Source: a virus. Taken from it: a stretch of 64,000 nt of DNA. A program made the translations under genes and the position numbers. The stretch is taken from IMG/VR virus record IMGVR_UViG_3300042691_008788, positions 64,001-128,000 of that record. One strand, written 5' to 3'. This document shows positions 46,715 through 55,869 of the stretch, piece by piece; the stretch's first letter is position 1, and each line of letters begins with the position of its first letter. Below the pieces are notes generated by a model. It was given only the letters and a program-made list of their open reading frames with translations, did no database searches and was not told where the DNA came from.

Positions 46715-47839
46715 TTACCTGTTCTTTAGACCTTTGCGTGACAATGCAGATGTGTAGTGCTGCATGATTGGATTGATTGGTGCTGTTTCTTCTGCGAGTT
46801 CCTGCTCCTCGTCGCCTGAGTCGAGGACTACTTCCTCAATAAGATTCTCGGTGACAGGTGCTGGTGCCTTTACGCGACGAGCATTGCCGAAGTATGATTC
46901 CTTGAGGACTGCCAACTTGTCTTCAAACATATCCTCTGAGTCGAACTCAATACCCTCTGCGAGAGTGCGGAGTTTCTCAACTTGGGTGTCTGCAAGACCG
47001 TCGCAATATGATTCAAAGATATCGTCGCAGCGGAGAGCAAGGATTTCCTTACGGAGTTCCATGTTCTCGTTGACTTGATTGTTTACTTCGTCGCGGAGTT
47101 CTTCGTTCTCATCGGAGAGTTCATCCATGAGATCAACCTTCTCTTCAGGAACCTGAATGAAGTTCTCTTCGAAGATACCCTTCATGCCGTTGAGGAAGTT
47201 CTCTGCGATCTCTACCTTGATACCGCTTTCAAGAACGAGACGATTTTCTTCGACCCATTCTTCAGCGATGTAGGAGATATAGTCATTGACGCGGCTTGAG
47301 AGTTCATCAAGAATCTTCTCGGTGTTCTCAGCGATAGTCTGCTCATATGCCTCTTCAAGGCGAGTAACGATTGCGTCGTAACGCTCGTTGATTGCTGCCT
47401 CAAATACTGCAATCGCCTTGTTCTTGAAGTCTTCGGAGAGATCCTCGCCTTCGAACATTGCACCGATATGCTCCTGCATGGTGAAGTCCGAACGATCTGG
47501 AATCTTTGCCTTGCCCTTGAATGGAACCTTGGAGGCAATGGTTGCCTTGTTCTGAGCAGACTTGTCTTCTGGCTCGGGGAACCTCTTGGTCTTGCCACCG
47601 CCGAAGTCAGTATTGGTGTCGCTTGTTGCAACCACCTCGTACTCCTCAGAGACATCTTCCTCGTCCTCGTCTTCTTCGTCTTCATCGATGAAGTCGTCTT
47701 CATCAAATTCTTCTTCGCCATCTTCAACGAGTTCATCGTCGGTTGGCTCTTCATCATCGATGGTATCGTCCTCATCAACATCGTTGTCAATGTCTTCAAG
47801 GATCTCTTCTTCTTCGTAGAACTCTTCTGGCTGAGGCAT
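46715..47839 (-). CDS. gp22: prohead core scaffold protein
   Basis: LSEDFKNKAIAVFEAA, YIAEEWVEEN, LADTQVEKL..LAEGIEF, LKESYF; very acidic N-terminus. Confidence 0.93.
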   Translation of the reverse strand: MPQPEEFYEEEEILEDIDNDVDEDDTIDDEEPTDDELVEDGEEEFDEDDFIDEDEEDEDEEDVSEEYEVVATSDTNTDFGGGKTKRFPEPEDKSAQNKATIASKVPFKGKAKIPDRSDFTMQEHIGAMFEGEDLSEDFKNKAIAVFEAAINERYDAIVTRLEEAYEQTIAENTEKILDELSSRVNDYISYIAEEWVEENRLVLESGIKVEIAENFLNGMKGIFEENFIQVPEEKVDLMDELSDENEELRDEVNNQVNENMELRKEILALRCDDIFESYCDGLADTQVEKLRTLAEGIEFDSEDMFEDKLAVLKESYFGNARRVKAPAPVTENLIEEVVLDSGDEEQELAEETAPINPIMQHYTSALSRKGLKNR

Positions 47840-47862
47840 TAGAAATCTCCTTTATCTTCCCT

Positions 47863-47870
47863 TATGTATA
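47863..47870 (-). promoter_or_regulatory. late promoter (TATACATA)
   Basis: Upstream of the gp22 AGGAG RBS. Confidence 0.65.
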
Positions 47871-47874
47871 AAAA

Positions 47875-48522
47875 TCAGAGTTTTGATAAGAAGTCCTTGA
47901 AGACTTCCAACTTTGCTTCTTCTAGTTCGCGTGAACTGGCTTTTGTGATGGTCTTCTTGTATGAGGCAATAGCCTTCTCCTGAAGAATACCATTGTTCCA
48001 GACCCACTCCTTGCCTTCCATGATGCCATTGACAAAGGCATTTGGGGCTGATGGATCTGCAACGATGTCTACTGTTGCAAGACTAAAATCGTCCTGAACC
48101 TCGTTCACGCCGTTTACTTGCTTTAAAGAACCCATTCCACGGGATGAAACGCCAAGGCGCACACCCTCATCAATGAGGTTCTTAACAATGTTTCCGAATG
48201 GTGTATCAAGAATCTTTGCCTTTCCATAAACGACAGTTCCATCCATATTCATCTCCTTGATGATATGGGAAACTCTGTCGAGGTTTAGGCTTGGTCCCTG
48301 TGGGTGGCCTAGTTCGCCAAGCGAACGGCTGCTCTTGATGTAGTTGTCGTTGTACTTACCAACCTCACGCTCCATGATGGATTGTGGGTAGATTCGACCA
48401 TTCTTGTTAATCTGCTCGGATTCCATGAACACACCACGAATGTAGTAGTTCTTCTTTCCGTTGCCAGCATCTTCAGCAATGGTCTGAATGTTTGTTTCGT
48501 TGTGTTCTGTGATTAGTAGCAT
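47875..48522 (-). CDS. gp21: prohead protease
   Basis: YIRGVFM, NKNGRIYP, LGELGHP, LGVSSRGMGSL, DIVADPSAPNAFV. Confidence 0.96.
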   Translation of the reverse strand: MLLITEHNETNIQTIAEDAGNGKKNYYIRGVFMESEQINKNGRIYPQSIMEREVGKYNDNYIKSSRSLGELGHPQGPSLNLDRVSHIIKEMNMDGTVVYGKAKILDTPFGNIVKNLIDEGVRLGVSSRGMGSLKQVNGVNEVQDDFSLATVDIVADPSAPNAFVNGIMEGKEWVWNNGILQEKAIASYKKTITKASSRELEEAKLEVFKDFLSKL

Positions 48523-48531
48523 AGAAAATCC

Positions 48532-48828
48532 TTAGCGGTACATGCCCTTGTTCTTGGTCTTTGCTGCCTGTTGTGGTGAGAGTTTACCAGACTTGACTGC
48601 GGCATTGATGCGTGAACCAAGGACTTCATCCTTTGGAGATTCAATCGTGCCGTCCTTATCATAATCCTTACCTTCCTCAAGTTCATCGAAAAGGTTCATT
48701 CCAACTTCAGCCTTTACATCATCAATGTGATCGGCAACGGTGGAGAAAAGAAGGCCATTTGTGATTTCTTTGGCAGAGACGAAATCTTCGTCCATGATTG
48801 CCCTGATGAGTTCTCTTGAATCGGACAT
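48532..48828 (-). CDS. small prohead core-like protein (gp67/68 position)
   Basis: Between the portal and gp21; helical N-terminus, then LEE and KDYDKDGTIES. Confidence 0.6.
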   Translation of the reverse strand: MSDSRELIRAIMDEDFVSAKEITNGLLFSTVADHIDDVKAEVGMNLFDELEEGKDYDKDGTIESPKDEVLGSRINAAVKSGKLSPQQAAKTKNKGMYR

Positions 48829-48855
48829 TTTATTATCTCCTGATTTGATTATCTA

Positions 48856-50532
48856 TTATTTCTTGGAGTTTGGTTGTTCTTGGGGCTGTGGCATTTGTGC
48901 TTGCATCTGCATTTGAGCCTGTTGCTGTTGCAACTGCTGCTGCATCTGTATATCACCAGTCATCTGCTGAGTGGTGACTTGGGTCGCTATCTGCGTTGGA
49001 ATGGCAGTATCGGGATTCTCTTGCTTCTCTTGCTCGACTTCCTGCGTGATATCCGCGATTTCTTCCTCAGAAAGACGCAGAATATGCTTCTGAACATAAG
49101 CCTTAGAGAAGTACTTGCCGAGATATGGATCTGCACTATTGACGAGATTCAGTCTGTTTGTTAGGATCTCGTTCTCCTTTGCTTCCGTGAAGTATGAATC
49201 CTTGCGGAAGTCGAAGCGAATCATGGGCTGAATGTATTCCCAATCTTCCTTCGTGATGACTCCTTTGAGAAGCAACTGAGTCTTCATGATGTCCATGAAT
49301 AGTTCACCGAACTTCTTGCGAAGTCTTTCGATGAATCTGAAGAACTTGAGTTCGTCGCGGGTGATTTCTGCCTGACGGCCCATATTGAAGCCGTTCTGAT
49401 CAGTCTCAAGTCTTGATGTGGGAACATTCAATGACTTGTATAGTTTCTTCTGAAAGTACAGGACATCGTCCATCTGTCCAAGATTCTGTCCACCTGGTAG
49501 CGTTGAGACTTCGGTTCCCTTGCCACCTTCGCGGCGAGGCATCCAAAAGTCCTCAAGCATTGTCATGTGCCTACGCTCGTCCTTGAGTTCTCCAGTCGAT
49601 GCATCATAAACCAACTTATTGCGATAGCGGTTCATGATGTCCTTGAGATACTGCTCGGCCTTGTTCTTTGGAAGATTGCCGACATCGATGTAGAAAACTC
49701 TTCGCTCTGGAGCGCGAGACAACCGATAGATCACAACGGCATCCTCGACCATCTTCAACTGATTGAGTGGCTTGAGTGCCTTGTGAACATAGGATAGGAC
49801 GCGCTTCTTACCTGAATCAAACAAACCGCTGTGTGTGTAACAGATCGAATCTGTGGCAATCTTCACACCCTTGGTTGGTGTGGCGGGAGTGAATGCCGCA
49901 GTGGTTGTGGATGTTTCCTCGCGCTCGCTGTAGACAAAGAACTCGTCAACCTTTGTGACAAGATCAGCATTGGTTGCCTTGTCCTTCTTCTTCTGAACAT
50001 TTCGAACCTTCCTGATGTGGGTTGATTCGATTGGACGAAGTTCGACAAGACCCTTCTTTGGGTTTTCCTTGTCTATGATCTTGTGATAATAGAGTCTTCC
50101 GTCAATGTACCACTTTCGAAAGATTTCGTATCCTTTATCTTGAAACTTCAGCAGACGAAGGATCTCATCAAACTCTTCTTGGATCTTTGCCTTAATCTTT
50201 GGAGAAAGTTTCCTGTCATCAACAACGATCTCGACTGGCCTCTTTGTGTCATCGTAGACGATTGCTTCGTTGCAGATGTCATCGATTGCCATTTCAACTT
50301 CAGGATACAGGGCCATTTCCCTGTACTTGCGAATCATGTCGGCTGTTGACTTGATTCCCCCATCGAAATCCATGTAGGAACTAAAGTATACACCAGACGA
50401 AATAGGCATAGCCCCGTCCTCAAGATCAGGAGGGGCAAATGATGCATTTGCCTTAATCTCTTCCTGCTCAAGTTTCGGGGCTGTCCTATCGCCTGATCTA
50501 CCCAGGCTCCATCCAAAAAGTTCAAAAGCCAT
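48856..50532 (-). CDS. gp20: portal protein
   Basis: YREMALYPEV, WYIDGRL, VIYRLSRAPERRVFYIDVGNLPK, EDFWMPRREGGKGTEVSTLPGGQNL. Confidence 0.97.
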   Translation of the reverse strand: MAFELFGWSLGRSGDRTAPKLEQEEIKANASFAPPDLEDGAMPISSGVYFSSYMDFDGGIKSTADMIRKYREMALYPEVEMAIDDICNEAIVYDDTKRPVEIVVDDRKLSPKIKAKIQEEFDEILRLLKFQDKGYEIFRKWYIDGRLYYHKIIDKENPKKGLVELRPIESTHIRKVRNVQKKKDKATNADLVTKVDEFFVYSEREETSTTTAAFTPATPTKGVKIATDSICYTHSGLFDSGKKRVLSYVHKALKPLNQLKMVEDAVVIYRLSRAPERRVFYIDVGNLPKNKAEQYLKDIMNRYRNKLVYDASTGELKDERRHMTMLEDFWMPRREGGKGTEVSTLPGGQNLGQMDDVLYFQKKLYKSLNVPTSRLETDQNGFNMGRQAEITRDELKFFRFIERLRKKFGELFMDIMKTQLLLKGVITKEDWEYIQPMIRFDFRKDSYFTEAKENEILTNRLNLVNSADPYLGKYFSKAYVQKHILRLSEEEIADITQEVEQEKQENPDTAIPTQIATQVTTQQMTGDIQMQQQLQQQQAQMQMQAQMPQPQEQPNSKK

Positions 50533-50555
50533 TCACGATCTCCAAATACTAAAGA

Positions 50556-51125
50556 TTAACCACCTGGGGTGAAGTTGTTCAAGCCAGGTAGCGGTTGTGC
50601 GTCTGGCGTTCCGACATTAGATGTGAAGTAAGAGTATGCAAGAGTGACGCTGAACTCTTCAATCTGATCTGTTGCTTCATATGAAAGATCGATTGGAGAG
50701 ATGTCAGTTGGGAAGCATCCAACCAAAGTATATGCCTTGATTGGCTTTCCTGCACGATCCAACTGATTTACAGTCCAATCTGTGAAGACTGGACCAGCGA
50801 AGTTGATGAACTCGTTGGTAGCAACATTTGTCTGCATCGACTGAATGCTGTTGACCCAAAGTTCAAAAAGATTACGAAGTTGGAACTTATTATCATTGAT
50901 GAGTGTGATTGTCCAATCACCGAAGACGCGGTCGCCAGGTACCTTGATTCTTCTTCCACGGAATGGAATTTCGATGGTTCCTAACGCAGTACCTGGCAAT
51001 GATGCGGACTTGACAAGGAACGGAGTGAGTGGGCTTTCCGTTCCACCGATTCTACCCTGAACTTCGAAGAGAGAAGGCTTGACTCCCGCTCCCTGCATTG
51101 CATTGGCAAAGTTCTTGATGTTCAT
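50556..51125 (-). CDS. gp19: tail tube protein
   Basis: KSASLPG..LG.IEIPFRGRRIKVPGDRVF.DWTIT, VNQLDR, FPTDISPIDLSY, IEEFSVTL. Confidence 0.95.
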   Translation of the reverse strand: MNIKNFANAMQGAGVKPSLFEVQGRIGGTESPLTPFLVKSASLPGTALGTIEIPFRGRRIKVPGDRVFGDWTITLINDNKFQLRNLFELWVNSIQSMQTNVATNEFINFAGPVFTDWTVNQLDRAGKPIKAYTLVGCFPTDISPIDLSYEATDQIEEFSVTLAYSYFTSNVGTPDAQPLPGLNNFTPGG

Positions 51126-51146
51126 TCTTGATGCTCCCTATAGGCT

Positions 51147-51154
51147 TATTTATT
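51147..51154 (-). promoter_or_regulatory. late promoter (AATAAATA)
   Basis: Upstream of gp19, overlapping the stop codon of the second sheath gene. Confidence 0.6.
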
Positions 51155-53900
51155 CGATGGTGGTGAGGTTAAAGTCGCTTCTCACTGCAATGAAGTTCAA
51201 CTGAATGAAGTTGATGGACTTCAATGGCTTGATATAGATGTCTGCAACGAACTGATTCTTATCAATCACTTCAGCAGTATTGTTTGTGTTGTCGCAAACA
51301 ACCTTGAAATCTGCAATACCCCTTTGTGATTGTACACTTGAGAGGAATGGGATTACTAGATTGCGGAACTGAGAACGGGTGAACTCGTCATTGAATTCGA
51401 ACAATGAGAACTTAGCCGCCTTAGAAATGGCCTTCTCAAGAGAGATGAACACTCTGCGGACATTGATGCGATCAAAGGCACTTGGTTTGGTTAGAAGAGT
51501 CTTGTCACCGAACAATGCTGTACCAGATCCATCATTGAACTGAACGAAGAAGTTAATTCCGTTCTTATAAAGTTCGTCGCGATCAGGCTTGGAGAAGTTT
51601 GTCTCCAACTTGATGGCATTGCGGATGATTCCTCTTGCAAATCCCGCTGGCGATTCCCAAGGAATCTCTTGTGCGGAGAGTATTCCAGCAAGATCTGATG
51701 ATAGAGACATTCTACGCAACTGATTATTGAATGTATCAAAGTAGATCTTTCTACCAGCAACAAGCATTGTGTACGAGTTGGAAGGAACTGTTAGATTGGT
51801 CTTCCTGAATCCAATGGCATTTGCTGTTGCTTGTGCAGAATGTTGAGTTGTGCTTGCTGGCTTTGGTGTTGGAATGACAAGGATGGTATCCTTGCGTGGT
51901 TCAATCACCGTATCATAGACGATAGATTCTACTGTTGTTGCTGCGCTTGATGTATCAGTTGCAACTGATGATTCTGGTACAAAGATAATATCAACTGCCG
52001 AATCATCATCAGCAAAGATTGAATATGCATTGCTATACTCAGCGATTGTTGGAGTTGATGCGCTTGATTCACCAAAATAAAGTTGGGATTCATAGAATCC
52101 CTTCCTTGTGTAGGTTGTGCCACCAGGTACATCAACATAAGAATAGAAGATTTCACCGAATGCGGTGGTTGCATCCGATGATGCATTGCCACCACCACTC
52201 AAACCAAACGGCTTGGTACAGTAAACAAATTTAGAGTTATTATTGATGTAGTCTTTATAGTAGATTGACTCACCATCAAGATTCTTTGCATCCTTTGCCT
52301 TTGATAGAAGTTGGAATCTTTCAAGAAGTCCATTCTTTGGACCAAACTTTCCACCCGTATCAATAACTGCAAAACTTACTTCATCATTTGAACCACCAAC
52401 ACTAAGAGCGAATTCTGATGTATTTGGTATCTTATCAAAGATCGCGGTTGATGATGTAAAATCTGCAACAGTTGATGTTGTCTGTGAGTTTACAACTGAT
52501 GTCTTTCCAAACTGCTTCATACCGAATGCAAAGTCTCTTTGGATACCAGTAAGACCACCAACTGTATCAAAGGTAAGACCTATTGCTTGTTGAGTTCCAC
52601 TGACTGTCTGAACAAATGTGATTCCACCAGTCAACCCAACAAGAAGATTCCAACCCTTTATAGAAGTAGATGGAGTCCCCGATACTGTGTTGAATATCTT
52701 GGAGGCTATAGTTGACCATGTGGATCTGTAGGTAACAAATAGATTTGTGCTATCTGTTCCTGTATAGATCAAAGAACCAAAGTTTGATGGAATACCAGAT
52801 GTTTGGAAGTTCTTGAACGCGGCTGGATTTGGTGCTTTTGCGGTTGCTGATGGATTTGCAAATCCAGAGTTCATATTTGTTGAATCTGCATTCAAGAATA
52901 ACAGATCAACAGCCGCACTATTTACAGAATTTACTTTTGCGAATATATTTTTCGAAGGATTCGTTGATGGGTTGAATGTATTGAATGGATTGAACGCTTT
53001 GCCTATGGTTGCTGTTGCATCCTCAAGAACATAATAATTTCCATTATTTCCATCGGGAATGCTACCAGAACTAGTCAAAGAAAGATTGCTTGAAGTTGTT
53101 CCTGTTGCATAGAAGAACTTGATTCCTTCTGCGTTTGATAGAGAATCTATAAACTGTGCTGTAGTTTGACTCGTTGGCGGGACAACCGTGACAAGAGTGT
53201 ATTGATGCGATCCACTTGTAAATCCCAAAGAAACAAGACCATCAACATCAGGCATATCAAGCCCAATAGTAAAAGGATTTCTTTTTACCTCAAATGTATA
53301 TCCGATAGTACCCGTGCTTATACCAGCCATTGTTGCTAGTGCGTATCCGCCAAACAATGTATAATCTGTGTATGCCGTGGTTGTTGTGTTTATTATACCA
53401 TTTTCACTTGTAGCACCATCCCAAACAATGACCTTAAGTGAGTCTCCAAAGTTTCCTGGATATCTACCGCGGAAGTGTGCAATGGATTCGATGCCATCTT
53501 GTCCAGAAAATCCTCCCAATAGTGCAAACTCTGCCTCATTCTTGATGCTACCATGAGTACAGTTTGCAATACTTGTTATTCCCGCTTCCTTAGAGGTAGA
53601 GTTCTTATCCCCACTCTGAAGGATTCTAATGGCCTTTAGATTATTTGAATAACGAAGGAAATTTGCACCCGCAAAGAAATCTGCCTCACTGTCAACATCA
53701 GAAGGATCAAGGGTTGGCTTTCCATAAAGGGCAGCAAGATTGCTTTCCGATGTGACTCGATTTGCAATCAAACATGGACCCCAATTGAATGTTCCCACCA
53801 TACCAGCACTGTTGAGAGACTCTGGCTGAATGAACTGAGAAAGATCGATCTCCGAAACTTTAACGCCTGGGCTTAGTTGTGTTGGGATTGGACTAGCCAT
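51150..53900 (-). CDS. gp18: tail sheath protein, second (long) paralogue
   Basis: SPGVKVSEIDL, FNWGP, ANFLRY, PWESPAGFARG, FGDKT, SAFDRINVRR, LFEFNDEFTR, KSINFIQLNF; large internal insertion. Confidence 0.93.
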   Translation of the reverse strand: MASPIPTQLSPGVKVSEIDLSQFIQPESLNSAGMVGTFNWGPCLIANRVTSESNLAALYGKPTLDPSDVDSEADFFAGANFLRYSNNLKAIRILQSGDKNSTSKEAGITSIANCTHGSIKNEAEFALLGGFSGQDGIESIAHFRGRYPGNFGDSLKVIVWDGATSENGIINTTTTAYTDYTLFGGYALATMAGISTGTIGYTFEVKRNPFTIGLDMPDVDGLVSLGFTSGSHQYTLVTVVPPTSQTTAQFIDSLSNAEGIKFFYATGTTSSNLSLTSSGSIPDGNNGNYYVLEDATATIGKAFNPFNTFNPSTNPSKNIFAKVNSVNSAAVDLLFLNADSTNMNSGFANPSATAKAPNPAAFKNFQTSGIPSNFGSLIYTGTDSTNLFVTYRSTWSTIASKIFNTVSGTPSTSIKGWNLLVGLTGGITFVQTVSGTQQAIGLTFDTVGGLTGIQRDFAFGMKQFGKTSVVNSQTTSTVADFTSSTAIFDKIPNTSEFALSVGGSNDEVSFAVIDTGGKFGPKNGLLERFQLLSKAKDAKNLDGESIYYKDYINNNSKFVYCTKPFGLSGGGNASSDATTAFGEIFYSYVDVPGGTTYTRKGFYESQLYFGESSASTPTIAEYSNAYSIFADDDSAVDIIFVPESSVATDTSSAATTVESIVYDTVIEPRKDTILVIPTPKPASTTQHSAQATANAIGFRKTNLTVPSNSYTMLVAGRKIYFDTFNNQLRRMSLSSDLAGILSAQEIPWESPAGFARGIIRNAIKLETNFSKPDRDELYKNGINFFVQFNDGSGTALFGDKTLLTKPSAFDRINVRRVFISLEKAISKAAKFSLFEFNDEFTRSQFRNLVIPFLSSVQSQRGIADFKVVCDNTNNTAEVIDKNQFVADIYIKPLKSINFIQLNFIAVRSDFNLTTIE

Positions 53901-53911
53901 TTTCTCTCCTG

Positions 53912-55819
53912 TTAGATGATCTCAGTAAAGGTGCTATCTGTTCTTGTTGCAATGAAGTTCAACTGAATGAAGTTGATAGACCGCGCTGGCTTAATGTAAA
54001 TGTCTGCCACGAACTGATTGCGGTCGATGACTTCTCCAGTGTTATTGGTTTCATCACAAATCACTCTGAAGTCGGTGATACCTCTTTGTGCCTGAACATT
54101 ACGGAGATATGGAATGGTAAGGTTCCTGAACTGTGAGCGAGTAAACTCATCATTGAATTCGAACAATGAGTATTTAGCGGCTGTGGAGATTGCTTTTTCA
54201 AGGGTGATGAAAAGCCGCCTGACATTGATGCGGTCAAATGCACTTGGCTTCTTCAACATGGTCTTGTCGCCAAAGAGGATGGTTCCCTCTCCGCTGAATG
54301 TAGCAACTGGATTTACATTTGCGACATAGAGAAGATCTCTTGCTGCTTGGTCTGGATTGAATGCCAACTTGATGACATTCTTGACTGTTCCTCTGTTTAG
54401 ACCCGCTGGAGAAAACCAAGATTGTGTTGCAAACTCTGCACGGGCGCAAATACCAGCAATGTCAGCATTGAGCGGAACATAGCGGAACATGTCATTGTAC
54501 TTGTCGTAGATATATTTCCAACCGCTATCCATCACGACATAGGAGGAATTGATTCCGTATGTTGTGTTTCTTGTGGTAAGAATGTTATTTGTTGCGACTG
54601 ATTGTGTCTTGTTTAGAACATCTGTAAGAAGTGGAGACACAAACAACACGCAATCCTTGCGTTCATTTACAAGATCAGATAGCAACTTTACTGTGGTTGC
54701 ATCAGATCGACCAGAGATAAGAAGAGAAATATCAACATTGTCTCGGTCGATGAACTTGCTGTATCCCTTAGTGTAGATATTTGCTGTCGATGAAGCAGCA
54801 CCAGTGCCTCCGCTAAGGCTATAGCGAGAAACCTTGGCAGCAGCATATCCACCGCTGATATCAGAGAATGTGGTTGTAAGATCTTGTGGAACAGATGCTC
54901 CCCAAAGTGTCTCAAGATTACCAGCCCAAATGTAGTTCGACTGTGAGTTGATCACCGACGAAACATAGTTTGGTGCGCCGTCATTGTCCCGAGCATCATA
55001 TGCCTTGGAGACATTTTGGAATGTCTCAAGAATCGTACCCTTGGTTCCCGTGAATAGACCATCTTCGTCAATGACTACGACATTGAGTTCGTCATTAGAG
55101 CCACCCTTTGCGGAGGCTTGTGTGCTTGTTTCGGCTGTGAGTTGGAATAGATCGGCATACTTACTGCGGAACTTGACATCCGCACTTAGACCGATGACGC
55201 TTGCAACATATGTCTTTGTTGTGACCGTGTTTCCCGCTGCCGAATCGACAAGGAATGTCTGAGAGAACTGATTTGTCTGATAGATCAACTTGTCATTTTC
55301 TTCAAGAGTTCCGCCAAGAACTGTTGAGAATCTGATGGTATTTGTTCCGATTGTTGCTGTTGCTCCAACCACAACAGAAGCCTCACCATTGCCGTCTAGA
55401 ACCACGACTTTGAGTGAATTTCCCAAAACACCAGGATAACGAGCATAGAAGGAAGCAGTTAGACCAGATGCGGCCTCACCACCAAGAACATCCTCATTTA
55501 CATACTGCAAGCCCGTAAAGCCAGAGGAGTTTGCATTTGTTTCATCAGATCCAACAGCACGAACAATCCGAAGGTCACGACCATACTGAAGGAAGTTTGC
55601 TGCACAGTGAAAATCTATTCCGTTTTCATCCCTTAAGGGCTTTCCAAAGATACGGACTAGATCGTCTTCTGAAGTTACGGTTACTATTTTTTCTGCTGGA
55701 CCCCATTGAAAGACTCCCGCGATGGCACCAGTGGCAGTTGCCACATTTGGAACAATCGTCGTAAGATCAATTTCCGAATAATTCACACCAGGGCTAAGTT
55801 GTACAGGTATTCTGCTCAT
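53912..55819 (-). CDS. gp18: tail sheath protein
   Basis: SPGVNYSEIDLT, FQWGP, ANFLQY, WFSPAGLNRG, FGDKT, SAFDRINVRRLF, KPARSINFIQLNF. Confidence 0.97.
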   Translation of the reverse strand: MSRIPVQLSPGVNYSEIDLTTIVPNVATATGAIAGVFQWGPAEKIVTVTSEDDLVRIFGKPLRDENGIDFHCAANFLQYGRDLRIVRAVGSDETNANSSGFTGLQYVNEDVLGGEAASGLTASFYARYPGVLGNSLKVVVLDGNGEASVVVGATATIGTNTIRFSTVLGGTLEENDKLIYQTNQFSQTFLVDSAAGNTVTTKTYVASVIGLSADVKFRSKYADLFQLTAETSTQASAKGGSNDELNVVVIDEDGLFTGTKGTILETFQNVSKAYDARDNDGAPNYVSSVINSQSNYIWAGNLETLWGASVPQDLTTTFSDISGGYAAAKVSRYSLSGGTGAASSTANIYTKGYSKFIDRDNVDISLLISGRSDATTVKLLSDLVNERKDCVLFVSPLLTDVLNKTQSVATNNILTTRNTTYGINSSYVVMDSGWKYIYDKYNDMFRYVPLNADIAGICARAEFATQSWFSPAGLNRGTVKNVIKLAFNPDQAARDLLYVANVNPVATFSGEGTILFGDKTMLKKPSAFDRINVRRLFITLEKAISTAAKYSLFEFNDEFTRSQFRNLTIPYLRNVQAQRGITDFRVICDETNNTGEVIDRNQFVADIYIKPARSINFIQLNFIATRTDSTFTEII

Positions 55820-55845
55820 TTGGTTCTCCCGATGATTCTACAATG

Positions 55846-55853
55846 TATGTAGG
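55846..55853 (-). promoter_or_regulatory. late-type promoter (CCTACATA)
   Basis: Intergenic, upstream of the first sheath gene. Confidence 0.5.
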
Positions 55854-55869
55854 ATTTTTGGTATTTGAA

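Noticed and set aside
47640-47830. Trinucleotide-like repeat region
   Set aside because: It encodes the Asp/Glu-rich N-terminus of scaffold gp22 and is not an independent repeat element
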